Shown here piece after piece: positions 24,851-58,083 of a stretch of 64,000 bases of DNA (position 1 is its first letter; every line of letters begins with the position of its first letter). The stretch is from Enoplolaimus lenunculus (Eukaryota), in the NCBI GenBank assembly GCA_030248215.1, contig JASANG010003092.1, positions 186,001 through 250,000 on the forward strand. Direction: 5' to 3'. The notes below the pieces were generated by a model. The model ran no database searches, was not told the origin of the DNA, and saw nothing but the letters and a program-made list of their open reading frames with translations. A program made the translations under genes and the position numbers.

Positions 24851-27800
24851 CTAATCCTAAGCCTAAGCCTAAACCTAAGTAAAAAGTTAGTCTAAAAGTT
24901 TAAGCTTATACGACCCTGTTCTATACATGGGTTGAATTGGGCTGAGATACACGCTTAGTTATAGGCATAAGCTAAGGCTTAAATAAGCCTTTTTCGAAAC
25001 GTAACCCCAAGCCTAAAGCTTGCACCTGATTCTAAGCCGCTGCCGGTCGGGAGGAAGTGTCCAAGAGGCAGCGGTCATTTGACATATTCTGCGTTACATT
25101 TACCACTGTGTAATTTCCCTTGACTTAAAGTTTTTAAACCTGGCTGGCAACGTTCATTTTTGCGAGAGAACACGGACGTTTAGTGCATGAAATACCCTTA
25201 GGTGAATTGCCATTGCGAGAAACTGTATTCAGTTCTGCATTATGCAAAATGCTAATTGTTATGCCACAAGCAGACCATAACTATCCCTTTAAAATTGAAC
25301 AAACCTAAAATACCGTCATCTTATATGGTTCCACGAGACCGAATTAAGCGCGAGCCCGTAGCCGAATAGGGCATGAAGTACTTAGCGTTCGCATCATTTA
25401 AAAGTTTTGCTCCCATACTTAGAGATGCATCAACCTCTCTTGTAAGTCCTGTGAAATTCTTGCTTGCCACCTTCTGAAAAATTTTTAGCCCCCGTTGAGC
25501 TGGCTCCGGGCCGTTTGATTTAGCATTAAAACCAGATGGCAAAAGTTTACTCTGTAGCCTGCCGCACCAAACGCTGCATGGTGTGCCTCACGAGATAGGA
25601 GTATCCAATTTCACTGTTTTTAGACCAAATCCTTGAAAATATCACCGATCGGAAATTTAAAAAGCGGCAGCGCAGTTACCAGTTGAACAGCCTGCAAACG
25701 TTGAACAAAATTTCGCTATATTCAAGAAGCTAGTTTACATATGAAAATTGTTTGAACAATAACGTGAATAGACCTTGTGTGAGGATCCAGAAATGTCTTA
25801 CTTGCGGCCTGCGCGATACAAAATAGCGAGAAAAGCTTGTGAGCCAAGCGAGCGAGAAGTCAAACGTAATTTGAGTGCTTATTGATGCTAGCAAACACTA
25901 AGTATGATCACTGGTAAAAGAGCCCTTTGTGGGCCGTGTTCCTCCGCTTATCCGCCCGTGTGTCTACCTTAAAATGATGAGAAAAGCTTTCTTAGCATTT
26001 GTTTTGTCGAAAACATCTAAATTAGAAATATATTTAAGTGTAAGCAAATTAGCTGTAAAAGTAAATTTAGTCACGGTCTAAGCATGAATCGAATAGTATG
26101 CAGGAAACGACATATTTAACGAAATAAACTTTAATCCAAAACTAGAGTTAAAATTGGCTTAGGTAAAAAGCACTGTTCCTGGTTGAACAATCAAATTCAA
26201 ATTATAGTAAAAATATGTTTTTCAGATAAATAGCACAAACTATACTACGCAATTTTAAGCATTTTAGTGGATATTGAGGTCTGTTCATATATTATTTATG
26301 AGTTGCGTTTAAATAATTAAATCGAACACTTTAGCCTATTGTGAAAAATATAAACCAAAAAATACAAAACGATGGAAGAAGCAAGCAATCCAACCAACAG
26401 AAAAATTCAAATGTCACCAGCGTTTATTTAAAAAAAAAGTTAATATATATACATATATTACAGATATCCCGGGGCCTGGCCCCGGCTTTGCTCCAGCGAT
26501 TATTCTATATTGACTCACATGAAAAATAGACTTATCACGCTCAGTTTTCGATTCATGAATATGAAACTCACAGCAAATTGCTAAGAAATGAATAAAATAT
26601 GTATACTCACCTTTAAACAAATAATTGATCCTGAAAAACGAAAATGTGACATTTTAAAAGTAAAAAGTTGTAAATTTAAGAAATGAGCAAAATTTGTTTT
26701 AAATGCAAATGTTTGATAAATTAATTTAACCTATTTAGCTAATGCCAAACGTTTGGAACATCTTTATAATAAATAATGGATGGACCGATAAAGAAAATGA
26801 TAAAATTTGGAAAATTTAAAGAAGGTCTCCGATTTAAACTACCCGAAACGTTAATTAAAATGTCTTAACCGTTTAAAATGTGTGCTCAAAAAAATGATCG
26901 TGATTGCTATATTTAAATTTATACTCATTTGCTTTTAAATTTTGTTGTTGTAACAGCGCTCGGGCGGTGACTCCTGTTCTCGTAATCGGCATTTTTCAAA
27001 GAAATATGACTGTGAATAAATACCAACGTTTTTTCTTAGAAAATTTAAAGTTATACTTTCATTGCACAAGCACGGTAAGTTTAGTAGTATAGCTTACAGC
27101 AATGCTTAAAGTTGTGAAAAATTGTCTTTTTGATGTGCTAAATCCTTTATCATAGTGCGACCACAGGAATTATTTGCCAGCAATTTTAATAAGTTAATAC
27201 ACCATTCGACTCAACTTGTGATGCTGAGCAAAAAGCAAAAAATAACACGATAACAAAAATGTGTGTTCTAGAAAAAATACTGTAGTGACCCGAATAAAAG
27301 GGGGCCCCCAGTTATTACCCCCTATTATTCGGGTCATACATAGCCGGAAAATGCAGCAAAATTTTAGTAATGCGTCAACCATTTTATCGTGTGTTCGCCG
27401 TGTGGAAAATTGGCGCAATCATTTTTAAGTAGGGTTTAGAAAATAGCAAGAAAAACGAAATTGGATTTGAAAAAATTGGACAATCGGGAAATTGAGATAA
27501 TTTAAAAGTTGTACTAGTAAAAATTCAGTTTAGTTTTGAGCTGAAAATTTCAAAACTGAGAGAAATCCATCTTCCGATTTTTGACGTACTTTGCCGAATG
27601 TAGGGCGGCCCGCGCCATGGGGCGTTAATTCCGCTCCATGCCACCCCGCCCGATGGGGTGATACAGGGCTGCATGCACCACTTCTGTCATTGCTCTCGCA
27701 TTCTCGTAGCAACTATCACTCCAATCTCAGTAATTTTCAATCAAGAAATCTATAATTAAGATTAACTGCAAATGGTTAATACCGCTTAAGTACATATTTG

Positions 27801-30800
27801 AACACAGAATCGTAGCCAGCTCAGCTTGCTAGGGGGAGCTAAAATTTGTTTCAGGTGGGGTATACATGATTTTCGATGACTAACAAGCAAGGTTAAAAAT
27901 TTTCTCGGAGGGCCAAAATTTTTCCAGGGTGCAATATACTCCCCTGCTCCCTTGACTACGGGTGCGTACAAGACTGACTAGTTTCGATCTTTGTTTACGT
28001 TTACTTGCCATGAGGAATGATCATCAGCGAAAGATAATTCAGATAATGGCAGAAGTAAACAATATTCTTTCTTACTATCCACAGCCGACATATCTAGTGT
28101 TACGTGCTGTAAAACTGTGCCTTCACGGACATCTGGTTTAATCGAATAGAAAATTGGCAAAAAACCAAACAGTAGACTTGTGACCTTGAGCTCATTATCT
28201 GTCGCTACAATTATACAGTGGTTCACAATGAAACTATATGCTAATTGTTCCTATAAAACGACATTGAAATGGCAACTGTCAAAGTAAACAAAACGTTTTG
28301 GCAGGCGACAGATGAAATTGGTCAGCAATGAGGGATTACTTTATTGTGACGTAGAACAATTAATCGTTTACGTGCGTCGCGCATTTTCGGTTTGTAACAA
28401 ATGACCGAATGTGTATAGCCTGTAGCCAACGAAGGCCAGGCAGGCGCTCAACTCCCGCCCTGAACAAATTTTGTCCCCCCCCTAGAAAAGTTTCAACCTT
28501 GCTTGTATGTCAACGAAAACTCTTGTATACAACTCCTGCAAAATTTTTTGCTCTTCTAGCATCAGATGCCTGGCTACGGGCTTGAATGTGCCAAAGCGTC
28601 AGGTTGAAATACAATTTGTACACAGATAAACGTGAGGTAGCTTCAGTAGAATTATACTAAAGTTCAGCTATGGCTAACTTAGCTATTATTTACAACTGCA
28701 TGCCAAGCAGAGATGTATTTAACGAATATTCCACATGGAGAAAGTGTTTAACTTGATAAACAGCTTTTCGGCCACTGTGGTGTCATCTAGTACATAACAG
28801 TGACGCATAGAAGTATAAGTGGGTAAAGATTTCTTCCCGGCCGGCCCGCGCCTTGCCCGCCGCAGTTTCATTTTTTTACCCGCGACTATATCCGTGTAAA
28901 ATTGCTTTTATCAGCTACATACCTTAAACCAGCAGCATTATTTGTCATGAAAATTTTAATTTTTCAAGTATGTTGATATTAATAATATATAATGGTTTGA
29001 CCTTTATATACATCATAATCATAATAATCTTTAAAATAGTAAGTAGCTGGAATGATCCAACCCGTGAAGAAAAATACGTGATACCAAATTGAGCAGTTAA
29101 AACAATGTAGAAATTGAGAATTTTAACAAATTTTTCGCAGCGTTGTCAAAAAGTGCATTTTAAGCATCATTTTAAGAAATCAAACAAACCTACCGGACGT
29201 AAGAACTTTTATGAAGTACGAAAAATATCACTACTAAAATTGCCATAACCTCGAACAAAAATCCTACAGGGTACGCGAGTTGATTTGCTGCCTGAGTCAA
29301 ATGCAGTCCTCCGGTTGTACCCTGATACATGAAAAAGTAAAACACCGAAACATCGCGCTAATACAGTTAAACTTGTTGTGTTTGTCGTTTGTTGCCAAAA
29401 TTCGAGTTTTGATGTATTAAAGATTGAACTTTCGTATGCAAATCAGCAAACAAACAAACAAACAAACAACCGTTTCACCCGAGCTCGCAGACGCAAGTTT
29501 GGGAAAATGGCTGAATTCGTTGATGTTAACACTTTCCAGCATATACTGGCTTAGCGAAAAAACTCGAAAACGTATGTGTAGTACAAAATCTCCGCAAGTT
29601 GTGAGAGCCGCTTTGAGCTCACCCTAGAAGCTCCTATGTATGACTTATGGCGACAGACACGTAAAAGCCGAGAGCCTGGTGATACGAGTCTTAGCTTGAA
29701 TTTGAATTGGTATGGAATAGAAAATATTCATGCAGGAAAGGGTTAATGTCAAAAAAATTTTCGTGACACTAAAATGACTTATTGGTATATTTTGAGCATA
29801 GGTAAAAGTATCTCTGCCTATAACTATAGTTCGGATTTTAAAAATGTTATTTCAGTCATTTTTCAATACACCGATGCTGCTATGTATCTTTGAGTTAGAA
29901 TTAATTTACTATTTGAAAATTACACGAAATATAAATTAATCATATTGTGTCAGATTGCGTTTTCTGCAATAGTTCCAAACAAACTCACAGTGAAAGTTGA
30001 GTTCAATGAGGTGTTCGTCGCATATGTCTAAAATATATCGGGTTGAAACCGTTTCATAAAATTGAAGTAATGTTTTTATGTTTATATAAATAATCAATCT
30101 AAACCGATGTTCAGAGCGTAACTTTAGCCTAAGCATATTCCCGGTAACGTACCACGGAAATTGTTCCGGTTGATTTGAACATACGTTGAATTACAATTAT
30201 AGATTGGTGTTTGTTTGTATTTTTTGAAATTGCCAAAAAATGTTAAAAGCTCTACATGGTTAGCTTGCACTCTGCGGGCGGTAAGTGCTAATTTTATATC
30301 CGATACGTAACGGCAGCCGGATCATTACTACCTAATTTTCTTTTGTGTATAAGAGACGTAGTATATATATAGTTCATTATATATTAATGTCAAAAATAGC
30401 TTATATACTCAAAAGATTTGCTTTTTATATTTTTTTGAGTAATTATACCTTAACATACAATACCGTCTATGGGTCTGTGGCACTAAAAATGATGCAGACA
30501 TCCTACACAATAGGGTCTGGATACCAGCAAAAAATGGCTGGCTTTATTCAAACCGAGAACCATTTTGTATATATTTAGCAATAAGCACTATCAGCTTTTG
30601 TTTATGAAACATGACAAATAACTGTTACAGCGTGTTAAATTAAGGTAACGAAAAACAGTCAGACCTGTTCACACGTGCAATTTTTTACAGCGAGAACTCG
30701 CAACTTTAATACGATTGGTGCATAAACTTGCATCTGTAAGTATTTGCAAAGTTTCAATCTGAACATTGACTGACATGGTTGATATAATAGCAGTAATTTG

Positions 30801-33529
30801 CATACATTGTAAATTTTAGTAAGTTGATTTTAATTCAAAATGAGTTGAATCACTCAGTCTGACTTAGGATTATGAGAACTCAGAATTTGAGTTAATTCAA
30901 TTCATTCTGAGTAGTTAATCGGCACTTTCAGAGTCACTTAACTCAGAGTGAGAATCAACTCAACTGTGAATGAACTAATGTTTATTGATATTAATTCAGA
31001 AATAACCAACTCGCTAGCTGAATTGATTAATGAACTCATTAGAATTTGCAGTGTACGACTGCAATGAATATCGAAATAAGCCATAGTATATAATTATATA
31101 TCAGTGCAGCCAATGTTACTAAGTAAATATTGCATCATGAATAAATTGCAGCTGCAATGTCTCTGAATGAGGTTTCGAGCAAAATTTTCAGGTGCATCTC
31201 AAAGAAACATTAAGGAGTGAGTACGGTGCTGCCCTTAATTTCGTGATCTGAAAAGGAAGACACTTTGAAATTTCAAATTTATACATAATGTTTTAGGTGT
31301 GATGCTGCTCCAGTCCTGAGGAAATATTAATCGGTCGTTCTTTTTAGGGCTCTTGTACCCACCGCTCTCAATACAAAATTTTGGTTTTGACACCAATTGC
31401 AGAGGCCTAGGCCGGCGGGGTACGTTCTTCCCTTGGATCTGTCAGTTCACCGATGTCGTTGACAAAACCTCAGTTTCATCAAACGTAAACAGAAACGGAA
31501 ATGGAAACAGATATTTGGTTATACCTGGACAAGTGTGATTGATTGTATATATGCCTTTAAAACTTAAATCATCATACCAGTGTTTTGAATAAAGATGTTT
31601 ATCGTTTAATGCAAGCATAGATGTTCTTGGCGGCAGTCGATATGAAAATGTCTTAAATCATAAAGCGATACTTTGTTACAATTGTATTAAGTGCTAGAAA
31701 GTCGCGTACAGTATCCGATGGTTCTGTTTAAACCAAGAATTGGATAAAAAGTTTGTTTGTCAATCGAAGAAAAATTGAATTTTATTCTTATCCGTTTCGT
31801 TTTGAAAATATGTGTGGCATTTTCATCACAGTCCGTTCAGTGCGATAGGATGAGCGTATGTGTCTGCCGGCGCATATATAGCTTGACATTTAAAGTCGTC
31901 TTATCTCTCCACACAACTTAAATATACCACAAGAAAAGGTTTAAATTAATTTACCGACCTAACAAAAGACTGTTTTGTACTTTCAGATTGTCTTTTGTTT
32001 ATATCCGGTTTAATTGAAAAATCCTCATCGAAAAGTAACTCTCTGTATAGCTACGCTTTACTCGGAAACCATGCCGCGATTAGTGTTGATGTATCGAGAC
32101 AAGTTTTTAATAAAATTACAAATTAAATTCATAAGATGGTAAACTCAGTGAAAGATTCAACAAAGTTTGATGAATAACTGGGTCAGCCCGGGACAAAAAT
32201 ATATGTCTAGCTACTTGAGTCGATGTCACTCTGAAGGCGCCCGGTTGGCAAAGTAGGACAGCAACAGGCCAGGATTGTGACAGCAATCTGTACCAGCTAT
32301 ACTTTTGCTTGGCTGGGTCGGTCGTGGGTGGTAACAGGTTTAATCCAACATATGTTTTTGCTGCAGTGTCGCAGCATCGAACGTAGTTTTGCTAGGTCGG
32401 ACGGGATAGCCAATATAGACATTTGAGCCTAGGTTGAGGGCTAGACTTTAGGCTTTAGGTTAGAATTTATGCAGAGTTCACGTAAAAACAGGGGCAGCGT
32501 GGGATTTGCTTTGCCCCGTGTTCATTCGACATCAACTATAAAATTTAAAATTGGTCAACCATAGGGTAAACAGACATCTGAATATCATACCGCACTGATG
32601 TACAAACTCCTGCTCTCGTGGCAACTAAACACATATGTGTGCAAGTGTTGCATGATATCACAAGACATTATAGTGAATATCATGATATTCCAGATTTTAG
32701 TACTGCCAATATAATTCAACAGATAACAACGAATGACACTCTGCGGAAAATTATAACTGTCAAATGCTAATGCGTGGTTCACGTTTATAATTGGGGCAGC
32801 GTGGAACACGTTTTGTCCCTATTGCAATAGCGGGTAACACTTTGTCTACACGTAAACCGCTGTCAAGTTAAAAAAATTTGAATAGTCTGCTATGTTAATG
32901 TGACATGCACTATTTGTACTACAATATCATATGATATTCGAAATATTGCCCACCGGTATCATATGACATGTTTGGAAATGTCTGCAAGGTTGTGGTAAAG
33001 TAGAGCCTGAATGTCCTGTAGAATATCATATGATACTAAAATTTAAGGTTTGAGTTATTTGTACTTAGGAATATATTTAGGCAGAACCTTTACCAGAAAC
33101 AGAAAAATAGAAGCTATTTTAGCATTCGAAATCACTTACAGCTAAATGATTTGGTTTTTTGTTATATTATTCTTGTGGATAAATTATATTGTCCTATAAT
33201 ATCACGTGACATTCCGTAGAATTTCGGAATATCATATGATATTCCCATATAAATGTCCCGCGGTATCATGTGACATATAAATAAAAGGCTGTTTGTATAC
33301 GACGATTCCTGGAGATGCAGAATTTGTAAGCCAATATCATGTGACGTTCACATTTTGTCCAGAAACCGTGTTTCATATCACAAAATTTTATGTTGACGTC
33401 GAATCGACATGGAACAAAACGTGTTTTTTTCCGGGATGCCCCAGTTATAAACGTGAACCCCGCATTGGTTGGAACAAAGTATCATATCGATTTCTTATAA
33501 ACTACTCAAATTGGGGATTAAAAGGCTAT

Positions 33530-33770
33530 TTCGCGCCAAAATTTGAATTTTTCCGCTAAGATTTAAATTTCCCGCCAAAATTCGAATTTCCGGCCGAAAT
33601 TTAAATTTTCCCGGTAAATTCGAATTTCCAGTTTACATTTGACTTTCAAGCCAAAATTTGAATTTCCCACCGACATTTGAATTTCCCGTCAAAATCTGAA
33701 TTTCTCGCCAAAATTTAAATTTACCACCAAAGTTGGAATTTTCGCGCCAAAATAAAATCTTTCTCGCCGA
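33530..33770. repeat. ~20-bp degenerate tandem repeat
   Basis: (tttcccgccaaaatttgaa)-like units, about 12 copies. Confidence 0.85.
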
Positions 33771-35250
33771 AAACACGATGGTATCTATCATAGTTCAACA
33801 AGATGTCCGATAGCCTAAATAAAACATTTCGATCTCGTCTGCTAAATGTCATAAGATATATACTAAACTTTCGTGTCTGTCAGTAATCAGTATTATATGA
33901 TATCGACATACACAGTAAACTATGTCAAATGACATTGACATAAAAGGTGTGATCCATACATGATGTTATAGCAGACTAAGTGTGAGTTTTTGGAATGTAA
34001 GAAAAGGTTAATTAAACAAGACAAAATGTTACCCGATATTTTATAGGGACATCTCGTGTCCGACACTGCCCCAGTTTGAACACGAACCATCAGCGTTCCA
34101 ACTGACAGTGCAAATGCTGAAACGAACATATGTTAATGTCTAATGTTTTGGTGTAGATAGATTCTAATAGTACATGGCATCAGTGTGTAAATGAATACAA
34201 AATTTACCAGAGAAGGAAAACAACGGATATATAATCAAATTATAAAACAAAACCGAAAATAAATTTATATCATTTTTATGACAATAAAATTACCGCAAAT
34301 AAGCAAAGGAAAAGCTAAGATAGGTATAAAGTTTTCATGATTTTCAACTACAACTGCTCTTTCAATGTGTTTTTGTAAAAACCATTACTGGTTGTACTAA
34401 ATAGTAATTGTAAAAATCACGTAGCTAGTTTATTGTGATATATTTTTTTGCAAGTGATATAAAGTGATTTTTCGCTTCCGATAGAGAAAATATCAAAAGT
34501 AGACTAAGTGAGGTTTGTTTTCATAATTTAGTTGTAAAGTTGTCATTATTGGTAGCAGCTTTGATTATATTTAGTTGTAAATTTTATAGTTACTAGACTA
34601 TGTTAATTTTTACAGTTTATCGAATTGCTGATGCTGATAAGCGTGCTGCACTGCTGTTTGTTCTTCTGCCCGTAGTTAGGACCAGCGTCCTAGTGGAACC
34701 CGAAACACATGATTTCTGCACCTGACAATAGTTGTAGTAGTAATTAAATTCCTACTTTTGTGTTCTCAGCGTATTTTTCATTACACAGGCTAGTCGAATC
34801 TCAAAAACGGCAGAGCGATGATTCGAATAACCAATCCATTGCTAACCATTACCATTTGAACGTTAGTCTGAGTTTCGTTCGCGTTGCCGGTGTTAATAGT
34901 ATCGCAATAAAGGCGCACTAGATTAAGATAAGACATTGTTCTTACAACTATTGTAGTGTTGTGGTAGCATACGTACATATTGGGACCATATGAAGCTAGG
35001 GATACAATTTTAGTTGAGTGCAGCTTGCACACGGAGTTCTTGCTCTTGATGCATACGGAGTCCTTGCTCTTGAGTTTATAATAACAGTTTCTGTTCAGCC
35101 AAAGTATACACATTGTACCGGAAATGCGCTCCCGCTATCAGTGTCCTAGTTTCTGTAAAGAATCGAGGTGTTGGAATCGCTTTATCCGTACAGTTGTTTT
35201 TAGTGTTTCAATATCTGTGTATTTTAACTGAAGAGTTTGCCGTTGCAATA

Positions 35251-48738
<13,488 letters not shown>

Positions 48739-51700
48739 ATAACTAGAGATTTTTGCAAAAATGCAATGAATATAAGTATATAATTGTAAATGTGTTTTTT
48801 TAAATTTATGAATGTTTATAACATCGAACGAGTCTAGGATCATTGAAAACGTTTTTAAATTTTTTATTACATAATTTTCCTCGTATACACGCCGTATCTA
48901 ATGAACACCTAAAACTTAAATTTTCAATTCTGTTCATTGGTTTGTTGCAACCGGTGGACAAGTCTGCCAGGCGTGCCACATAACCGGTATTTTCTGAGAT
49001 AGAGCATCACATAAGCTTGACGGAGCGACTTACAGCATCTGTACAAATAGCAACGAATTTATACAATGTCAAATGTTGGTACCAAATGTTTCTTGTAAGA
49101 ATTTTTTGCTTGTTCGCAATGATTTGTGGTTCATGTTACTATTTATTTGGAAAATTTTCATGTACATTGTATATCGGAAAATAAGCAATCAACAATTCAC
49201 AGTTTATTGCACAAAACAGTATAACTGAAAACACACTGTGACCGTAACGACAAAAGTTGGCTGTTTCCAAACGATTCTTTAACCTGTAAATGCACATGCT
49301 GCCTTCATATACAATAATTTCTTAAATTTTTATTGTTTCCACCTTTTGGCTATCACCGAAATACGCTATTTAAACTATAGGACTAATGTATAGGTCAGGG
49401 CCGTAACAGTAGTATAAGCATATTCCTACGCCAAAGCACAACAATGAGCTTATATTTAAGCTAAAAGCTAAGCAAAAAATATCTAAAGTTTAAGCTTACT
49501 CTGTTGCAGGCTCGCAGACAAACGTTCCGCCTCTGACATTTTCAGTACGAAATCTTAATACACAATGTTGGTATTATATAAATGCGGTGTGGTCTTTGAA
49601 CAGAACGGTTGATCCAATGGCACGCACGACAGATAATAGCAATTTAAACGTGTTATTGCCTATACCAGTGTCTCAAGAACTTTAAAGTACAACTAGATGC
49701 GAATGGGCTCAAATAACGGATTAACGCTTTAAGTAAATCCATAAACAATAACGTTTGCAGCGAATTAAAACAGCTACATGCCAACATTCAGGTCCGTAGC
49801 TACTCGACATAATAGGGAATTCAAAACAATTTTAAGAGGGACATTTGGGCGCTTTACATTAGTTAAAATTGGGTGAAATTGTCCCAGAAGTTTATTAACG
49901 CTGGTTTTATATTTTCCTTTGAGGAGCCAAAATTTTTCGTGGGCGCTAACCCGCCCATGTTTCCCTTTTGGCTACGGACCCGCAAACGCACAATAAACGC
50001 ACAAATATTTACACTGAAACACCTAAACCTGTGGATGGGACAATATCAGGGGCGTAGCCAGGATGCTATTTCGGAATGGTATAACCTTGTGCGTTGCGAC
50101 CATAGTGAGTGAGATAATATATTTGACCTGTGGGATCTAGAAAATTTTCTATAAAGCAGGATAAAAGCACATTCTTTGTTGCTCTACAATTTTGTTCGGG
50201 ATCTATTTCTTTTATCCACCGTTGCATGCGCCCCTGGACACAACGATAACCCTTGTCTAAAGGTAAAACCAATGTATGCATTAGGACTGTATAACAGTAG
50301 TATTGGGTTGAAAACAAATTGCAGTCCGTAAGCAGGGGTACCCAATTTTGAGGCAAAATAAATATCAGCTCCACCGGTTATACAGGTCTGTACAGTATAC
50401 AGTTTTTCTTTTTCTATGTATTTCTGTGTCCCATGGATTCGCTATGCAACAGATGTAAATAAATTTTATGTAATCAATTCTATATCCAGACAAGATACGA
50501 CCACTTTATTACCAATATTTACAATACCGACACTGACGGAACCTCGGGCAGAAATTCTATACCGAGGTAACGTTTAGGAGGTACGGGCCACATGCCAAAG
50601 TGACACCAGGGATTGCACTCAGTCGCACTGGAATAATTTTGGCACCCACTAGAACATTTGCAACCTTAATTGTTAGTCGTCGAAAAGTCTTGTATGCCCC
50701 ACTTGAAAACGGTTTAGCCCTCCCCAGCAAGGTAAGCTGGCCACGGTCCTGAGAAGTGTATCCGGCAAATATTTCACATACTGATATCGAAGAGTATTAA
50801 ACAGCTTAACAACGAACTCCGTGAGTTTTTGAACATTTTCAAATATGGAAGCAAGTAAACGCCGTGTCAATCTTGGTCACTTTCCAGCCGAAATATATGA
50901 AACAATTCAGACAATTTATGTAATTGTTGCAATCTTGAGACAGGCCAGTAGTCGATGCACATGTTAGTCAAGCAAAAAATTCAAGTCGGACCATACGAGA
51001 AATTTCGCAGCATTTACAAGCGAGGCCAAATTTTGTCCAGGAGCAGGTTTTTAGAAGAGGGTGAGCTGACACCTTGGCAGGCGGCCCCTATTGCTACGGA
51101 CCAGTCTGCATAATATTCATGTGACAGTGAATCATAAATGCAAAATAACAAAACATTACTAGCAACAGTTTCATGCAATAGTGGAAAAATAACAAAACAT
51201 ATAATACGTTAATAAGATAAGTACACAACCGTAAGACAGCTGGTAGGTTTTGTAAACTATTTGGTCTCTTTTTAGCAAAATTCGCGGATGCATTTGCCAG
51301 CTAAGGACAATACAAATAGTGAATTACGGTTTCGAACAATTATTTTAAAATTACCACGGAATAATCAGAGGTATATCACTTGCTTCGGCAAAAATGAACC
51401 TTCGTGCCCGGCTCCTGCACAGTTTTTGCCAGAAAGTTCCGGCAACTTTGTTGTGAAAGTGTTTCAATTTTTATGTTCCGTTATTTAGTGAGCGTGTTTG
51501 TAAACTTTCATGCAATTTTCGCAGTTTCAAATGCCAAGCTTTTTTAATAACAGTTGAACAAATTTCTGACAATACTTTATGGATAATTGCTGAAACTAGC
51601 GTATTCACTATCATTTAACAGTCTAATTTATGCCCATCTTCGGCTCTGGCAAATTTTGTCGACTTCAGGCTGCGATTGTTCACCGTAAGTGGCACCCTGC

Positions 51701-52633
51701 AAATTAGCATTGAAAATTTCGAATCGATCAAAGTTATTGGCTTTCTTAGGCCTTTTCTAAGAAAACGTTGATCTGTAATAAAGTCAGAAATCAAGGCTTG
51801 GATGTAAATGGCATAAATTTAGAAGCGATATGTATTAATCAAACAATAAAATAAAATGGTGAAATATACAACTAAAAATATAAAGCATCAACAAGAAACA
51901 CGAGCCACTGTGCCCCACTGCATCAACACAATGAGATCAAAATGACAAAGTCAAATTGCAATGAATGCATAAAATTCAACCATGTTTATTTGTGCAGTTT
52001 TTTGCAAACGCTGTAAACTGTTGCGATAACACTAGTTTTCAAAATACAGTAAGGTTTGACTTTAGAGTAATTTTCTTGTTTAAGGCTTAGTTTTAGATTT
52101 ATCTTTATGCCGAGGCTTAAATTTTCAAATAAACGAATATGCTTAGCGTACTGTTCCGCCACTAATAGTAACTGGCCGAAATCCCACATCTTTCTAAATA
52201 TTGAAAAATCCCAAATCCTTTTAAATATTGAAAAATATCGGGTATTCGAAGTATAACTTGAACACACATTTAAAATTTGCATAAATCGTATCGAAGTCCC
52301 AAACAGTGCCATTCATAACAATCAAAACCCATCGCTGCTACTAAAGTACACACTCTATACTCTATACACAAAACAACAGTGACGGATCAAAAAGAAGGTG
52401 GTCAGAGACACCGAACCCCACTTATCATATTTAACACAGAAGTTTTCCAAATTCGTGCTAATTATACGAGTTTTCCGTAAAATCATGAGCCCCTTTTGAA
52501 ATCATGAGCCTGTCCTTAAAAATCCTACAACCGCCCCTGAAAATGTATTTTACTTGACGCCAAAACAGATTTCATTCCCATTTACGAGGTAACAAACGCT
52601 CATTTTCCAATACCTTCAGGCAGATTTGAGTGT

Positions 52634-57905
<5,272 letters not shown>

Positions 57906-57975
57906 CTAAAAGTAGAACTTGTGGTAGAATATACCATTCTATAACAGGGTGAAAATAGTATTACTAGTATTTACT

Positions 57976-58032
57976 ATATATACATATATATTTATATATA
58001 TTTTTATATATATATATATTTATATAAATATA

Positions 58033-58081
<49 letters not shown>
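57976..58081. repeat. (TA)n microsatellite
   Basis: Interrupted TA run. Confidence 0.95.

Positions 58082-58083
<2 letters not shown>

Noticed and set aside
24049..24882. Cys-Pro-rich 240-aa ORF and overlapping GTD/GQM-repeat ORFs
   Set aside because: All frames are open because of a stop-poor 9-bp minisatellite inside a TIR element. There is no independent gene evidence.
17501..35113. Numerous 60-110 aa ORFs in the intergenic interval
   Set aside because: No recognisable motifs or joinable exon chains, and many overlap repeats.
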